Shown: piece by piece, positions 33,666-44,336 of the stretch | Numbering within the stretch: position 1 is the stretch's first letter | How the letters are laid out: the number at the start of each line of letters is the position of its first letter | Assembly (NCBI GenBank): GCA_019347895.1 | Contig: JAHWKM010000003.1 | Coordinates: 771-64,770 of the forward strand | Source of the DNA: Candidatus Parcubacteria bacterium | GTDB taxonomy: Bacteria > Patescibacteriota > Saccharimonadia > Saccharimonadales > 2-12-FULL-41-12 | Reading direction: 5' to 3' | DNA: 64,000 nucleotides | Notes under the pieces: model-generated | The model's database searches: none | The model's input: the letters and a program-made list of their open reading frames with translations, nothing else | What the model was told of the DNA's origin: nothing | Made by a program: the position numbers and the translations under genes

Positions 33666-34238
33666 TTAGGCTGATAGCCAGTAATGGTAGATGTCCAGCT
33701 CGGCGCTGAGTTCGGGGTGGAAGGTGGCGCACAAGATTTTATTTTGCTGAACCAAGACCGGTTCGTTTTTATGGACGGCTAGGATATTTACGTCCGGGCC
33801 GGTTGATTTAATGCGCGGAGCTCTTATGAAGGTCATGTTAAGTTTGGCCGGGAGCGGCTTTTTTCCTTCGCCGATTGACTCAAAACTATCGAGCTGGCGG
33901 CCGTAAGCGTTTCTTTTGATTTCAATATCTATTAAGCTTAAGCTTCTTTGATGGGGGTTAATTACCTTTTTAGCCAGTAAAATCGCGCCGGCGCAGGTAC
34001 CGAAAACCCGTCCGCCATTTTTTGCGAATTCGCTGATCGTACTTAGCAAGTCAAAACTTTCGGCCAGATAAAATAGGGTTGTACTCTCGCCGCCGGGGAT
34101 AATTAAGCCGTCTAAGTTATTAAAATCACCCGGTTTTTTTATCAATTTTGCCGATACTCGCAACTTGGCTAAAGCTCTAGAGTGCAGTGACGTGTCACCC
34201 TGAAGCGCTAAAATTCCAATTGTTTGTTTAGCGGCCAC
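33666..34238 (-). CDS. pdxT: pyridoxal 5'-phosphate synthase glutaminase subunit
   Basis: GVLALQGD-like IGILALQGD, catalytic [15 protein letters not shown]. Confidence 0.85.
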   Translation of the reverse strand: MAAKQTIGILALQGDTSLHSRALAKLRVSAKLIKKPGDFNNLDGLIIPGGESTTLFYLAESFDLLSTISEFAKNGGRVFGTCAGAILLAKKVINPHQRSLSLIDIEIKRNAYGRQLDSFESIGEGKKPLPAKLNMTFIRAPRIKSTGPDVNILAVHKNEPVLVQQNKILCATFHPELSAELDIYHYWLSA

Positions 34239-35106
34239 GATTTTGCAGAAGTTCGCTGTCGCTCAAATCATCCATGTTGATTCCGGTCATAGGCGCGCCC
34301 AAGTCTTCTGATAGTTTGGCCAGCATGTCCGCGTCGTCATAAAAAGTGGTGGCTTTGACAATGGCAGAAGCCCGTTTGGCCGGGTCGGCGGATTTGAAGA
34401 TGCCGCTGCCGACAAACACGGCCTGCGCGCCCAGGCCCATCATTAAGGCCGCATCGGCTGGGATGGCTATGCCGCCGGCCGCGAAGTTTGGCACAGGCAG
34501 CTGGCCGCTGCTAGCCACTTGCTTTACTAAATCAAGCGAGACTCGATATTCTTTGGCGATCTTTGCCAATCCCGCTGGTTTTAGCTTATCCAAAGCTTTT
34601 AGCTGCTCGTTCATGGCCCGCATGTGTTTGACCGCCTCTACGATATTACCGGTACCGGCCTCGCCCTTGGTGCGGATCAAAGCCGCGCCTTCTTCAACCC
34701 GACGCAGGGCTTCGCCCAGATCTCGCGCCCCGCAGACAAATGGCACCTTAAAGTCTGATTTTTCGATGTGATGGAAATCATCAGCCGGAGTAAGCACTTC
34801 GCTTTCGTCTATATAATCCACGCCCAGCGCCTGCAGAATTTGGGCTTCGGCGATATGACCTATTCTCACCTTGGCCATTACCGGAATGCTAACGGACTTC
34901 ATGATGTCTTTGATAATTTTCGGATCAGCCATGCGCGCCACCCCGCCGCTTGCTCTAATGTCTGCCGGCACTCTCTCTAGCGCCATAACCGCTACAGCGC
35001 CGGATTTTTCGGCAATTACAGCCTGCTCGGCATTTATCACGTCCATGATAACGCCGCCCTTTAGCATCTCGGCTAAGCCGGTTTTCAGCTTCAAACTTCC
35101 GCTCAT
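34228..35106 (-). CDS. pdxS: pyridoxal 5'-phosphate synthase lyase subunit
   Basis: [32 protein letters not shown]. Highly conserved PdxS. Confidence 0.9.
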   Translation of the reverse strand: MSGSLKLKTGLAEMLKGGVIMDVINAEQAVIAEKSGAVAVMALERVPADIRASGGVARMADPKIIKDIMKSVSIPVMAKVRIGHIAEAQILQALGVDYIDESEVLTPADDFHHIEKSDFKVPFVCGARDLGEALRRVEEGAALIRTKGEAGTGNIVEAVKHMRAMNEQLKALDKLKPAGLAKIAKEYRVSLDLVKQVASSGQLPVPNFAAGGIAIPADAALMMGLGAQAVFVGSGIFKSADPAKRASAIVKATTFYDDADMLAKLSEDLGAPMTGINMDDLSDSELLQNRGR

Positions 35107-35150
35107 TAACTATATTATAACACTAGTAATGTAATATTCTCTGTGCCAAA

Positions 35151-35663
35151 CTATCTGTTATAAAAATTTTCTACGGCGTACTTTAATCCACCCGTAACCT
35201 TATCTGGATTCTGTTTAACCAGCAGTCTTACGTGGTCAACCGGCAGCCATTTCACCTCGGCTACTTCAACAGAGTCAAATATTATTTTTTGCCTTGGGAC
35301 GACAGCTCGGTAAAGTTTATAAAATCGGTTTAGTTTTTTGCCTTCAAATTCTTCTTCTCTATATAGTTTGTCTAAAAATTCCAGCTTTAAACCTGTCAAA
35401 TTAATTTCTTCCATGGCTTCGCGAGCAGCCGCTTGCTCATAGTTTTCTCCGGCGTCGACGTGGCCACCAGACGATACATCCCAGCGATCCGGCCAAAGCG
35501 GCTTAGTTTTAGTGCGTTTTTGTAACAGAATATTTCCCTTGCCGTCCTCAATAATTACCCAAACGATCCGATGCCGCTCCCCGGTTTGCCAAACTTCTTC
35601 CACACTAGCGGCCCTTGTAGGCTGATCATTCTCGTCAACAACTTGAATTTTCGGCTTATTCAT
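35151..35663 (-). CDS. NUDIX hydrolase
   Basis: Nudix box SGGHVDAGENYEQAAAREAMEEINL. Confidence 0.7.
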   Translation of the reverse strand: MNKPKIQVVDENDQPTRAASVEEVWQTGERHRIVWVIIEDGKGNILLQKRTKTKPLWPDRWDVSSGGHVDAGENYEQAAAREAMEEINLTGLKLEFLDKLYREEEFEGKKLNRFYKLYRAVVPRQKIIFDSVEVAEVKWLPVDHVRLLVKQNPDKVTGGLKYAVENFYNR

Positions 35664-35729
35664 TTGTAAATTATAGCAATAATAAAAATGGTGTTGCCAA
35701 GATATAAGAAATAGTGTATAGTATAATAT

Positions 35730-36479
35730 ATGATAGCTTTAGGTGGAGCAGAAATTGCTGAAGTACGTCCTGAGATGGCTAGCCTTCTATTTGAAAATAT
35801 TCAGCAGGCCGCTAACATGGTGTTTCCTGGTAGTGATTCCCATCCTCGTTACGAGGACCCTTCTAAGCCAGTTGGTCTCGCCGTTGTGGTTGCACGTGAG
35901 GCGGAAGCCATAAAAACTCTAGATGTATTTGACCCTTCATCTTATGAACTTACGTCCGGGGGACTTACCTTTCATAAAAACAACCGTTCAGAACGTACAG
36001 AAAAAGCTTGGGTACCAGCCCAAAGACACAAGGAGCTTTTAGATGGTGAAGTTAATGATGGAATTGGCGTATTTTCTATGTTCGCTTTGGCAAAAGTTAT
36101 TCACCTTATGCAAGATCCCGGAAGATTAACAAGCTTCGAGCCAGATAGAGCAAATATTGCTAGAGGTGTATCGGGCTTAGCTGGCGGATATAGGTTCAGG
36201 AACGCTGCGGATTCTGGTACTTTGGTGGCGGTAAGCGGGCTTTGGGAAGTACATGATCATGTGACTACAGCAATGTTTTATAGAGAATTAACCAAAAAAG
36301 GAGTTGCCGCTACGCACGTTCCCAGCCCAGACAAGTTGGCTGAAGAAATAAAAGATCAAGTTGGCAAAATTACAAAAGTGCACGAAGGCGAAGATGCAAA
36401 AGATCTGGACCAGGATCGTAAAAAATTAAAAGGTCTTCTTCAAATGATAACTCCTGTGTTGACCCGTCAAACGATGTAA
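35730..36479 (+). CDS. hypothetical protein
   Basis: 249-aa ORF with no assignable motif. -10-like TATAGT/TATAAT lies immediately upstream of the ATG. Confidence 0.45.
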   Translation: MIALGGAEIAEVRPEMASLLFENIQQAANMVFPGSDSHPRYEDPSKPVGLAVVVAREAEAIKTLDVFDPSSYELTSGGLTFHKNNRSERTEKAWVPAQRHKELLDGEVNDGIGVFSMFALAKVIHLMQDPGRLTSFEPDRANIARGVSGLAGGYRFRNAADSGTLVAVSGLWEVHDHVTTAMFYRELTKKGVAATHVPSPDKLAEEIKDQVGKITKVHEGEDAKDLDQDRKKLKGLLQMITPVLTRQTM

Positions 36480-36498
36480 GCCGAGTCAAATTTTTTGC

Positions 36499-37527
36499 TT
36501 AAATTTCTTGGTCGGCTAGGTCGCGGAGCTGTTTTTCCAGTTCGGTTAGAATTTTCGGATTGGCCTCCAGGTATTTTTTGGCGGCTTCGCGGCCTTGGGC
36601 GATTTTCTCGCCCTTGTAAGCAAACCAAGCGCCGGATTTTTCCACTAGCTCTTTGTCCGCGGCCAGGTCCAGCACGTCGCCGCTTTTGGAAATTCCCTTG
36701 TTGTACATAATGTCGAACTCGGCTTGGCGGAAAGGCGCCGCTACTTTGTTCTTTACGACTTTTACGCGAGTCCGGTTGCCGACGATTTCCTCGCCTTGCT
36801 TGATCTGTGAAATGCGCCGGATATCCATGCGCACGCTGGAGTAAAATTTCAGCGCGTTGCCGCCGGTGGTAGTTTCCGGGTTGCCGAACATCACGCCGAT
36901 CTTCATGCGGATTTGGTTAATAAAAATCACGGTGGTGTTGGAACGGTTTATTACGCCGGTAAGTTTGCGCAGCGCCTGGCTCATCAGCCGGGCTTGAAGC
37001 CCCATATGCGAGTCACCCATATCGCCTTCGATTTCAGCCCGCGGAACCAGGGCCGCTACGGAGTCAATTACCACCAAGTCCACGGCGCTTGATCGAACTA
37101 ACGTCTCGGCTATCTCCAGCGCCTGTTCGCCGTTGTCGGGCTGGGAAATGAGCAGGTTTTCGACATCGACGCCGACTCTTTTGGCGTAAGCCGGGTCAAG
37201 GGCATGCTCAGCGTCCACGAAGGCCGCCGTACCTCCGTTTTTTTGAATTTCCGCGATGGCATGCAGCGTTAAGGTGGTTTTGCCGGAACTTTCCGGGCCG
37301 TAGACTTCAATAATCCGGCCTTTGGGTATGCCGCCGCCCAACGCAATATCCAGGCTTAAGCTGCCGGTGGAAACGGTTTCGACATTGGTCTTATGAGCAT
37401 CGCCGAGTTTCATGATCGAGCCTTTGCCGAACTGTTTTTCGATAGTTTCCAGAGCTAACCCTAAGGCCTTGCTCTTACCTTCTTTTTCACTGGTTTTTAT
37501 CTTATTTTCAGTGTCCGCTTTTGACAT
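36499..37527 (-). CDS. recA: recombinase A
   Basis: Canonical RecA ([31 protein letters not shown]). Confidence 0.95.
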   Translation of the reverse strand: MSKADTENKIKTSEKEGKSKALGLALETIEKQFGKGSIMKLGDAHKTNVETVSTGSLSLDIALGGGIPKGRIIEVYGPESSGKTTLTLHAIAEIQKNGGTAAFVDAEHALDPAYAKRVGVDVENLLISQPDNGEQALEIAETLVRSSAVDLVVIDSVAALVPRAEIEGDMGDSHMGLQARLMSQALRKLTGVINRSNTTVIFINQIRMKIGVMFGNPETTTGGNALKFYSSVRMDIRRISQIKQGEEIVGNRTRVKVVKNKVAAPFRQAEFDIMYNKGISKSGDVLDLAADKELVEKSGAWFAYKGEKIAQGREAAKKYLEANPKILTELEKQLRDLADQEI

Positions 37528-37592
37528 CCTATCCTCCGTTTAATCCACCCATAGGGTATTTAGTATACACGATATTACATCAAGACTTAGCG

Positions 37593-37690
37593 GTTAAAAG
37601 CCATTTTAATTTAGAAGAGCTCTTTACAGGTTTCGCTTTGCTCCGCTTGCGAGCGTTTGCGACGCTTCTAAATTAAAATGGCTTTTTAAC
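37593..37690. repeat. ~25-bp inverted repeat with 47-nt spacer between recA and pilB
   Basis: GTTAAAAGCCATTTTAATTTAGAAG (37593-37617) pairs with CTTCTAAATTAAAATGGCTTTTTAAC (37665-37690). Confidence 0.7.
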
Positions 37691-37743
37691 CTAATTTTGT
37701 CGGTTTTAGCCTTAAGCTTTATAATGGTTATAAGCAAAGAATT

Positions 37744-39558
37744 ATGAGAATATCAGATAAATTGGTGGAGAAACTTTTGATTGACGCCGGCAAGCTTACC
37801 GCGCGCCAGCTTGATCCTCTGCGCGAACAAGAAAAAACTGAAAAACTGCCGCTGCAACAGATCGCCATCAACAACAATCTAATTGACGAAAAAGAACTGG
37901 CTGAACTCTACGCCAAAGAGATTGATGTACCTTTTATTGAACTGAATGCCAAAGAATTGCAGCGCGAGATACTGCGCTTGGTACCGGAGCGGATTGCCCG
38001 CCAATACCATGTCGTACTATTCGGCGTGGAAAATGACGGCCACAAGCTGCTGGCCATGGAAGACCCTGATGATATCCAGGCGTTGAGCTTTTTGCAAAAA
38101 CAACTGGGTACCGACATCAAAGTCCATATCGCTACGCCCAGCAACATAGAAGCGGCACTGGACCAATACCGGGGCAATGACTCATCCGAGCTGACCAAGG
38201 TTTTAACCACCGAACAAGAAGTCGAAGAGGCCTTGGACGAAGTAGACGAAGAAGACTTGGCGGAGGATTCGCCGATAGCCCAAACCGTTAATTTGATAAT
38301 TGAATACGCTATAAAAGCCGGCGCCAGCGACATTCACGTCGAGCCGAGAGACGCCCATGTTTTAGTCCGCTACCGCGTCGACGGCATTTTGAGAGAGGCT
38401 AATAAGCTGCCTAAAAAAGTCCACGGCCCGCTGGTTTCACGCATAAAAATTTTGAGTAATTTGAAAATCGACGAAAAACGGGTGCCCCAAGACGGCCGGT
38501 TTAAAATCCAGGTTGGCAGCGGCGTGTTCGCTCTGCGGGTATCTACCCTACCGATCAGCGAAGGCGAGAAAGTGGTTATGAGAATTTTGAGCGAGTCCAG
38601 CAAGCCGGTGACTCTAGAGGAACTGGGCTATTGGGGCACCTCTCTTAAAACTGTCAACCACTCTATAACCCAGCCGCACGGCATGATTTTAGTTACCGGT
38701 CCGACCGGCTCCGGCAAGTCAACAAGCTTGTTTAGTATTTTGAGCCTGCTTAATAAGCCGTCTGTAAATATATCGACTATAGAGGACCCGGTGGAGTACA
38801 AAATTCCCGGCGCCAACCAGACCCAGATAAACCCCAAGGCCGGCATGAACTTTGCCAGCGGTCTGCGCTCGCTGCTCAGACAAGACCCTAATATAATAAT
38901 GGTAGGCGAGATCCGCGATTCGGAAACGGCCGATCTGGGAATCCAGGCGGCTTTAACCGGCCATTTGGTTTTTGCAACGCTTCACACCAACAACGCGGCC
39001 ACCACTCTGCCCCGGCTGCTAGACATGGGTGTGGAGCCGTTTTTAATCGCCAGTACAATCCGCGCCGTAGTCGGTCAGAGACTGGTCCGCCGGCTTTGCG
39101 TTGATTGCCGCGAATCATATGAGCCGGACGATAACGAGCTAAAGCAAATCGCCGATACTTTCTACACCGACAATCCACAGCAAATGAAACTGATTCACCT
39201 AAAAGAAAAGGACGCGCTGGATAACGGCATCGGCAAGGCAAATATCAATAAAGGCACTGGTCCGTCAACTAACGAGCTGTCGACAAATCCCGCCAAAATA
39301 AACCGCTTGTGGCGGGCCCCGAGCAATGGCTGCGCTAGCTGCGGGCACACCGGCTATAAGGGTCGGATGGGCATTTATGAAGCTTTAGGCAGTTCGCCTG
39401 AGCTGCAAAAATTGATAGTAGGCAACGGAACCAGCGACATGATTCAAAATCAAGGTATAAAAGATGGTATGGTTACAATGCAGATCGACGGCTTTATAAA
39501 AGCCTTGCGCGGACAAACTTCCGTAGAAGAAATATTAAGGGTTACTTCCGAAGCATGA
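37744..39558 (+). CDS. pilB: type IV pilus assembly ATPase (GspE/PilB family)
   Basis: Walker A GPTGSGKST, Asp box, His box, tetracysteine motif CVDC...CASCGHTGY. Confidence 0.85.
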   Translation: MRISDKLVEKLLIDAGKLTARQLDPLREQEKTEKLPLQQIAINNNLIDEKELAELYAKEIDVPFIELNAKELQREILRLVPERIARQYHVVLFGVENDGHKLLAMEDPDDIQALSFLQKQLGTDIKVHIATPSNIEAALDQYRGNDSSELTKVLTTEQEVEEALDEVDEEDLAEDSPIAQTVNLIIEYAIKAGASDIHVEPRDAHVLVRYRVDGILREANKLPKKVHGPLVSRIKILSNLKIDEKRVPQDGRFKIQVGSGVFALRVSTLPISEGEKVVMRILSESSKPVTLEELGYWGTSLKTVNHSITQPHGMILVTGPTGSGKSTSLFSILSLLNKPSVNISTIEDPVEYKIPGANQTQINPKAGMNFASGLRSLLRQDPNIIMVGEIRDSETADLGIQAALTGHLVFATLHTNNAATTLPRLLDMGVEPFLIASTIRAVVGQRLVRRLCVDCRESYEPDDNELKQIADTFYTDNPQQMKLIHLKEKDALDNGIGKANINKGTGPSTNELSTNPAKINRLWRAPSNGCASCGHTGYKGRMGIYEALGSSPELQKLIVGNGTSDMIQNQGIKDGMVTMQIDGFIKALRGQTSVEEILRVTSEA

Positions 39559-39600
39559 AAACAAGCAATTTAGAAATGAGCAATCAAGCCGGAGGCGCAC

Positions 39601-40818
39601 GTGGCTAAATTTTCATATACCTCGACTAAGGACGGCAAAGCTATAAGCGGCGTGGTAGAAGCCTCGTCCAAACAAGCGGCTTTATTTACCTTATCGCAAC
39701 AAAAAATACACACATTATCTATTAAGCAGGTAAAAAAACGCAGCAATTTTTTGTCTCTAGGCTTTGGCAATAAAGTAAAACTAAAAGACCTAGTCGTTTT
39801 TACCCGACAGCTTTCCACCATGATATCGGCCGGCGTGCCCCTGAACAGATCATTGACCACACTGCAAAATCAAACCGGCAACAAATATTTTAACCAAATA
39901 ATCGGACAGGTCGCCAAAGATATTGAAGGTGGCGGATCTTTGGCCAGTGCCTTTGCAAAACACCCTAATGTTTTCAATGACATTTACGTCAATATGGTAC
40001 GGGCCGGCGAGGCCGGCGGGATTTTAGACGATATTTTAAAAAAACTGGCCTCCCAAGTAGAAAAGGATGCTTCCATGCGCAAAAAAATTAAAAGCGCCAT
40101 GGCCTACCCTATTGTTATTTTTACTATCACTATCGCCGCGTTTTTCGGGATCATGATTTTTATTATTCCCAAAATCGGCGCTATTATTCTTGATCTGGGC
40201 GGCCCGGACGCCGAGCTGCCGGTCTATACGCAGGCCATGCTCTCCATCAGCGACTTTATGCGGGCTAACGCGGTTATCATTCTGATAGCAGGTTTCGCCG
40301 GGGTATTTTTGATAAAGCGCTACATAAAAACGCCCAAAGGCAAATACCGGTTCCATTACCTGCTGCTTAAAATTCCCATAATAAAAACTATCATTGCCAA
40401 AATTGCCTTGGCGCGGTTCGCGCGGACTTTTGCCTCGCTAATGTCTGCCGGCGTGGCTGTTTTGGACGCTCTGGAAGTAACCGGCAGCGCCATAGGCAAC
40501 AAGGTGATAGAAGCCGAGCTCAAGGAAGCCGCCAAGGCCGTCAAAAACGGCCGCCAGCTTAGCGAACCGCTAAGCAACAGCGTTTATTTTCCGCCGATTG
40601 TCAGCCAGATGCTGGCGGTGGGCGAGGAAACCGGCCAAATCGACACTATATTGGTCAAGGTAGCGGACTTTTACGAAGAAGAGGTTGACGCCGTAATAGA
40701 GGGAATCAGTTCTTTGATAGAGCCGGTTATGATAATTATTTTGGGCAGCATGGTCGGTGTTATAGCAGCCAGCGTGATGGGACCGATCGCCTCTCTTAGC
40801 CAGAACATCGACGGCTAG
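39601..40818 (+). CDS. pilC: type IV pilus platform protein (GspF/PilC family)
   Basis: Two GspF repeats (FTRQLSTMISAGVPL... and FARTFASLMSAGVAVL...) with 3 TM segments. Confidence 0.85.
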   Translation: MAKFSYTSTKDGKAISGVVEASSKQAALFTLSQQKIHTLSIKQVKKRSNFLSLGFGNKVKLKDLVVFTRQLSTMISAGVPLNRSLTTLQNQTGNKYFNQIIGQVAKDIEGGGSLASAFAKHPNVFNDIYVNMVRAGEAGGILDDILKKLASQVEKDASMRKKIKSAMAYPIVIFTITIAAFFGIMIFIIPKIGAIILDLGGPDAELPVYTQAMLSISDFMRANAVIILIAGFAGVFLIKRYIKTPKGKYRFHYLLLKIPIIKTIIAKIALARFARTFASLMSAGVAVLDALEVTGSAIGNKVIEAELKEAAKAVKNGRQLSEPLSNSVYFPPIVSQMLAVGEETGQIDTILVKVADFYEEEVDAVIEGISSLIEPVMIIILGSMVGVIAASVMGPIASLSQNIDG

Positions 40819-40919
40819 CGGCAAAAGGCACTTGACCCTGTAGTGAGCTTTTTATAGCATTTTCAGAGAAAAATGCTCAGCTTCAACGAAGTTGAAGTGA
40901 TAAAAAATCTACTACGGGG

Positions 40920-40948
40920 TTGACCTGATTGTACTAATGCTTAATAAT
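40920..40948 (+). promoter_or_regulatory. putative pilin promoter (TTGACC-17-AATAAT)
   Basis: TTGACC at 40920-40925 and AATAAT at 40943-48. SD AAGGAGGGTG lies before the ATG at 41032. Confidence 0.5.
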
Positions 40949-41031
40949 CATTGCCTAGATGCCTAATTCAAATTTCCTGGATTAGCTCATAACAATAAAA
41001 GAACAAATTAAAAAAAGGAGGGTGGGTCCTC

Positions 41032-41544
41032 ATGATCTCACTTAAAAGAAAACAAACCGGCATGGCCCTGAGCCAGTCGAAGGGTTTCACGATTGTGGAA
41101 CTTTTGATAGTAATTGTCGTTATCGGCATATTAGCAGCGATAGTAATAACAACCTTCGTAGGGGTTCAAAAGCGAGCTCGCGACAGCGAAAGGAAGTCTG
41201 ACCTGCAAGCTATGGCCAGCCAGATCGAAGTGTACTTTGCTGATAACGGAAAGTATCCGACGCTTGATAATATGAATAATGTTAGTCCAACAGATTTCCG
41301 TACAAAGAACCTAAAAGGCTTGAAGGCAGAAGCTTTGGCTGACCCCAGTAATGCTGCCACTCAAACCCTAACCGCTACAGTTCCAGGAGCTAGTTCGACA
41401 GTACGTCAGTACTCATATGTTGTTTTGCCATCTCTTTGCGACAACACAGCGGGCAATGAATGTACCAGCTTTACCTTAGAAGCTAACTTGGAAAACGACG
41501 CCTCTCCAGCGGTTAATCACATAATAACCGGCGCGAACAACTAA
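41032..41544 (+). CDS. pilA: type IV major pilin
   Basis: Prepilin leader ending G|FTIVELLIVIVVIGILAAI. Followed by a strong terminator. Confidence 0.75.
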   Translation: MISLKRKQTGMALSQSKGFTIVELLIVIVVIGILAAIVITTFVGVQKRARDSERKSDLQAMASQIEVYFADNGKYPTLDNMNNVSPTDFRTKNLKGLKAEALADPSNAATQTLTATVPGASSTVRQYSYVVLPSLCDNTAGNECTSFTLEANLENDASPAVNHIITGANN

Positions 41545-41564
41545 AATATAGTTGTAGCTAATTT

Positions 41565-41597
41565 AAAACCCTGGCATTAACCGCCAGGGTTTTTTAT
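41565..41597 (+). terminator. rho-independent terminator after pilin gene
   Basis: AAAACCCTGGC-ATTAACC-GCCAGGGTTTTTT. Confidence 0.7.
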
Positions 41598-41611
41598 ACT
41601 TAAACATAAGC

Positions 41612-42010
41612 ATGAGGACAATAAAAAACACAGATGGTTTTACTCTTGTAGAGCTTATGGTCGCCATAGTAATAAGCGCTATATTCGCAGCTAGCATTTC
41701 AGGACTGATTACCACTAATGCCAGGCTAGCCCAGCGCGGCCGGGATTTAGCCGCGTCAAATTCTTTCGCGGAAGATAAAATTGAATCATTTAGAAGCTTA
41801 GGTTACTTGGGGCTAGGCTTAGGCACGTCTAATATTACCAGTGAACTGCCCAGCGAGTTAAATACGCCACGTAGCGCCTCGGTCGACATTACCCAGCATT
41901 CTACGTCTGTAAAGAAAGTTTATCTGACAATTGATTATTCTGACCAGGGACAAACACGGACCCTTAACTACACTACTTTAGTGGGGGAACTAGGTGTTGG
42001 CCAATATTAA
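41612..42010 (+). CDS. minor pilin (prepilin-type N-terminal cleavage/methylation domain)
   Basis: G|FTLVELMVAIVISAIF. Confidence 0.6.
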   Translation: MRTIKNTDGFTLVELMVAIVISAIFAASISGLITTNARLAQRGRDLAASNSFAEDKIESFRSLGYLGLGLGTSNITSELPSELNTPRSASVDITQHSTSVKKVYLTIDYSDQGQTRTLNYTTLVGELGVGQY

Positions 42011-42023
42011 AAGCGCTTCGCTT

Positions 42024-42788
42024 ATGAGAAAACCCAGGTTTTCTCATCGGACTTGGCGAAATAAATTCGCCTCCCGGCTTACCGCCGGGACCAGTCCTGC
42101 TCTTTCCTGCAAAAAAAAGCGAGCTCTTAGATTAGCGGAGGGAGGCTTTAATCTCGTTGAATTGAATATTGCTATGGGAGTGGCGGCAGTTTTGTCCGTA
42201 GCCTTTTTAACCATATTTACAACTTTTTTAGTAACTGCGACGCGTACTAACGATTCCATCGATATGACCGCCAAATCCCAGATTTTGCTGCGTTCACTGG
42301 TAGAAGAACTTCGCTACGGAGCTGGCGTTAGGGACACTAATTCTATTGACGATCCTAATCTCGCTGGAACAACCGGGGAATGGACCACCAGCAATGCCGA
42401 TACGGTTCTTATTACGGCAGTTCCGGCAGAAGATTCATCAGGTGCATATATAATCGACCCTGACACTGGAAGCCCTTATTACAATGAGTACGTTTATTAT
42501 AAGGAAGGCAGCATCTTGTATAAAAGAACCCTCGCCAATGCTTCGGCTACCGGTAACACAGCCAAGACCTCCTGTGGGACTGAGACACCAACCTGTCCGG
42601 CCGACAGAAAACTGATTGAAACCTTAGACAGCATGGTTTTTGCGCTTTATGACCAAGACGATGCTTTAACAACCGTATCCACAGAAGCCAGATCAATAAA
42701 AATTGATTTATCGTTAAATAAGAATTCTTACGGAAAAGCCTTAACGTTCGATAACAGCATAAGGATAACACTTAGAAATGTATTTTAA
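42024..42788 (+). CDS. minor pilin, PilW-like
   Basis: AEGG|FNLVELNIAMGVAAVL. Start at MRKPRF; the longer ORF starts at 41994. Confidence 0.5.
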   Translation: MRKPRFSHRTWRNKFASRLTAGTSPALSCKKKRALRLAEGGFNLVELNIAMGVAAVLSVAFLTIFTTFLVTATRTNDSIDMTAKSQILLRSLVEELRYGAGVRDTNSIDDPNLAGTTGEWTTSNADTVLITAVPAEDSSGAYIIDPDTGSPYYNEYVYYKEGSILYKRTLANASATGNTAKTSCGTETPTCPADRKLIETLDSMVFALYDQDDALTTVSTEARSIKIDLSLNKNSYGKALTFDNSIRITLRNVF

Positions 42789-44208
42789 TCTAACGGCTCG
42801 AGCAAAAATCTGCAAAACCGAGCAAACGGGATCGGTAATGTTGGCGATTGTCATAATGTTTCCGTTTTTTTTGTTAGTAATCGCCTCATACATGCAGCTA
42901 GCCGTATCAAATTTCCAGGTGTCCAGGAAAGACATGCACAGGACGCACGCCCAGTTCGCGGCCGATGCCGGAGCTGACAAGGCCTTGGAATTTATTAACA
43001 CTATCGATAACTGGGGGGGTACCGGCGGTCAGATAAATTTGCACGACGACGACGTTAAGACAACGTACGAAGCGAGCGTAGCAACACCTGATGCCGACAA
43101 CAAAATTGTAACTGTTACCGGCCGGGCCTTTCATCCTAATGTGCTGGCCAATACTACTCCTGAAGCTAGTGTAAAAATAGAAATCAAATTGCGTCCCGTA
43201 AGAGCCGGTAACTTTAGTATTGTGACAGGCGTCGGCGGGTTATATATGCAAAATAGCGCTAAGGTTCTAGGCGGAGACGTTTTTGTAAATGGTGAGCTTA
43301 ACATGCAAAATTCGGCCCAAATCGGCCAGGAAACTAAATCTGTTAATTTAAGCGTAGCTCATCATAACTGTCCGGATCCTCCCGATGGAACTTACCCGAG
43401 CGCTTGCGCCGCCATTGATGGGGAGCCTATAACCATCACTAACCCGGCTCACATATACGGCGACGTAAAGGCTAACAATCAAGTCAGTACGGCTGGAATG
43501 AGCAACCCCGGTTTGGATCCAGCTAATCCGGTCGTAGATCCCGAACCTTTGCCTCCTCATGAGCGCGATGACCAAATAGCAAACGTCACTAGTATTAAGA
43601 GCGGCGACCCTTACTACAATGATTGTGATGCCAATGCTACAACCAGAACCTGGGCAGGAAGAATAAAAATTGAAGGCGATGTTTATATTAAAAAATCCTG
43701 CAAGGTAATTATCGAAGGAGACGTTTGGATAACCGGCCGCTTAACACTGCAAAACTCCGCCCAGCTGGTTATTAAAGACGGCATTGCTTTAGGCAGTCCA
43801 AATACGGTGGATCCGAACCGTCCAACGGTAATGGTGGACGGAAGCGAAGGCATATCTTTGCAACAATCAGCTAGTATTGTTGGTAATGCCGGTGATGTAG
43901 GTGCTCAAATGATTACTTATTGGAGCCGAGCTACTTGCTCGCCGGACTGCCCTGACGTGACTGGACAAGATTTATATGATACTCGCGGAGACCGGACGAT
44001 TTACCTGCAAAATAGCGCTAGTGCACCGGAATCTATCTTGTATGCCCGCTGGAGCCAGGCAGAACTAAGCAACGGCGGCAATATCGGCGCGATTGTAGGC
44101 CAAACCGTGCGCTTGAGCAACTCAGCAGCCATAACTTTCGGAGCCTCTGCCGGCGGAAGCAGTACGGAAAGCTGGATTATTGACTCAATGAGAAGGACAT
44201 TCAACTAG
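42778..44208 (+). CDS. PilX-N-like pilus-associated protein with predicted beta-helical repeats
   Basis: N-terminal GSVMLAIVIMFPFFLLVIASY...AQFAADAGADKALEFI. Recurrent MQNSA/LQNSA repeats. Confidence 0.5.
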   Translation: MYFNLTARAKICKTEQTGSVMLAIVIMFPFFLLVIASYMQLAVSNFQVSRKDMHRTHAQFAADAGADKALEFINTIDNWGGTGGQINLHDDDVKTTYEASVATPDADNKIVTVTGRAFHPNVLANTTPEASVKIEIKLRPVRAGNFSIVTGVGGLYMQNSAKVLGGDVFVNGELNMQNSAQIGQETKSVNLSVAHHNCPDPPDGTYPSACAAIDGEPITITNPAHIYGDVKANNQVSTAGMSNPGLDPANPVVDPEPLPPHERDDQIANVTSIKSGDPYYNDCDANATTRTWAGRIKIEGDVYIKKSCKVIIEGDVWITGRLTLQNSAQLVIKDGIALGSPNTVDPNRPTVMVDGSEGISLQQSASIVGNAGDVGAQMITYWSRATCSPDCPDVTGQDLYDTRGDRTIYLQNSASAPESILYARWSQAELSNGGNIGAIVGQTVRLSNSAAITFGASAGGSSTESWIIDSMRRTFN

Positions 44209-44336
44209 TATTTGGCGAGTGCATCCCTTCAAATCATGGTACAATTACCTAAGACGCTAATGATATATATGCTTAAGTGGGCGAGCATGAAATACAAAAA
44301 AATAACTCACCCAATATACCAGTCAGGTCGACATAA

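Noticed and set aside
40838-41031. c-di-GMP riboswitch upstream of the pilin gene
   Set aside because: The hairpins do not match the GEMM-I or GEMM-II conserved cores as far as I can recall them, and they lie upstream of the predicted promoter. This needs cmscan to be sure.
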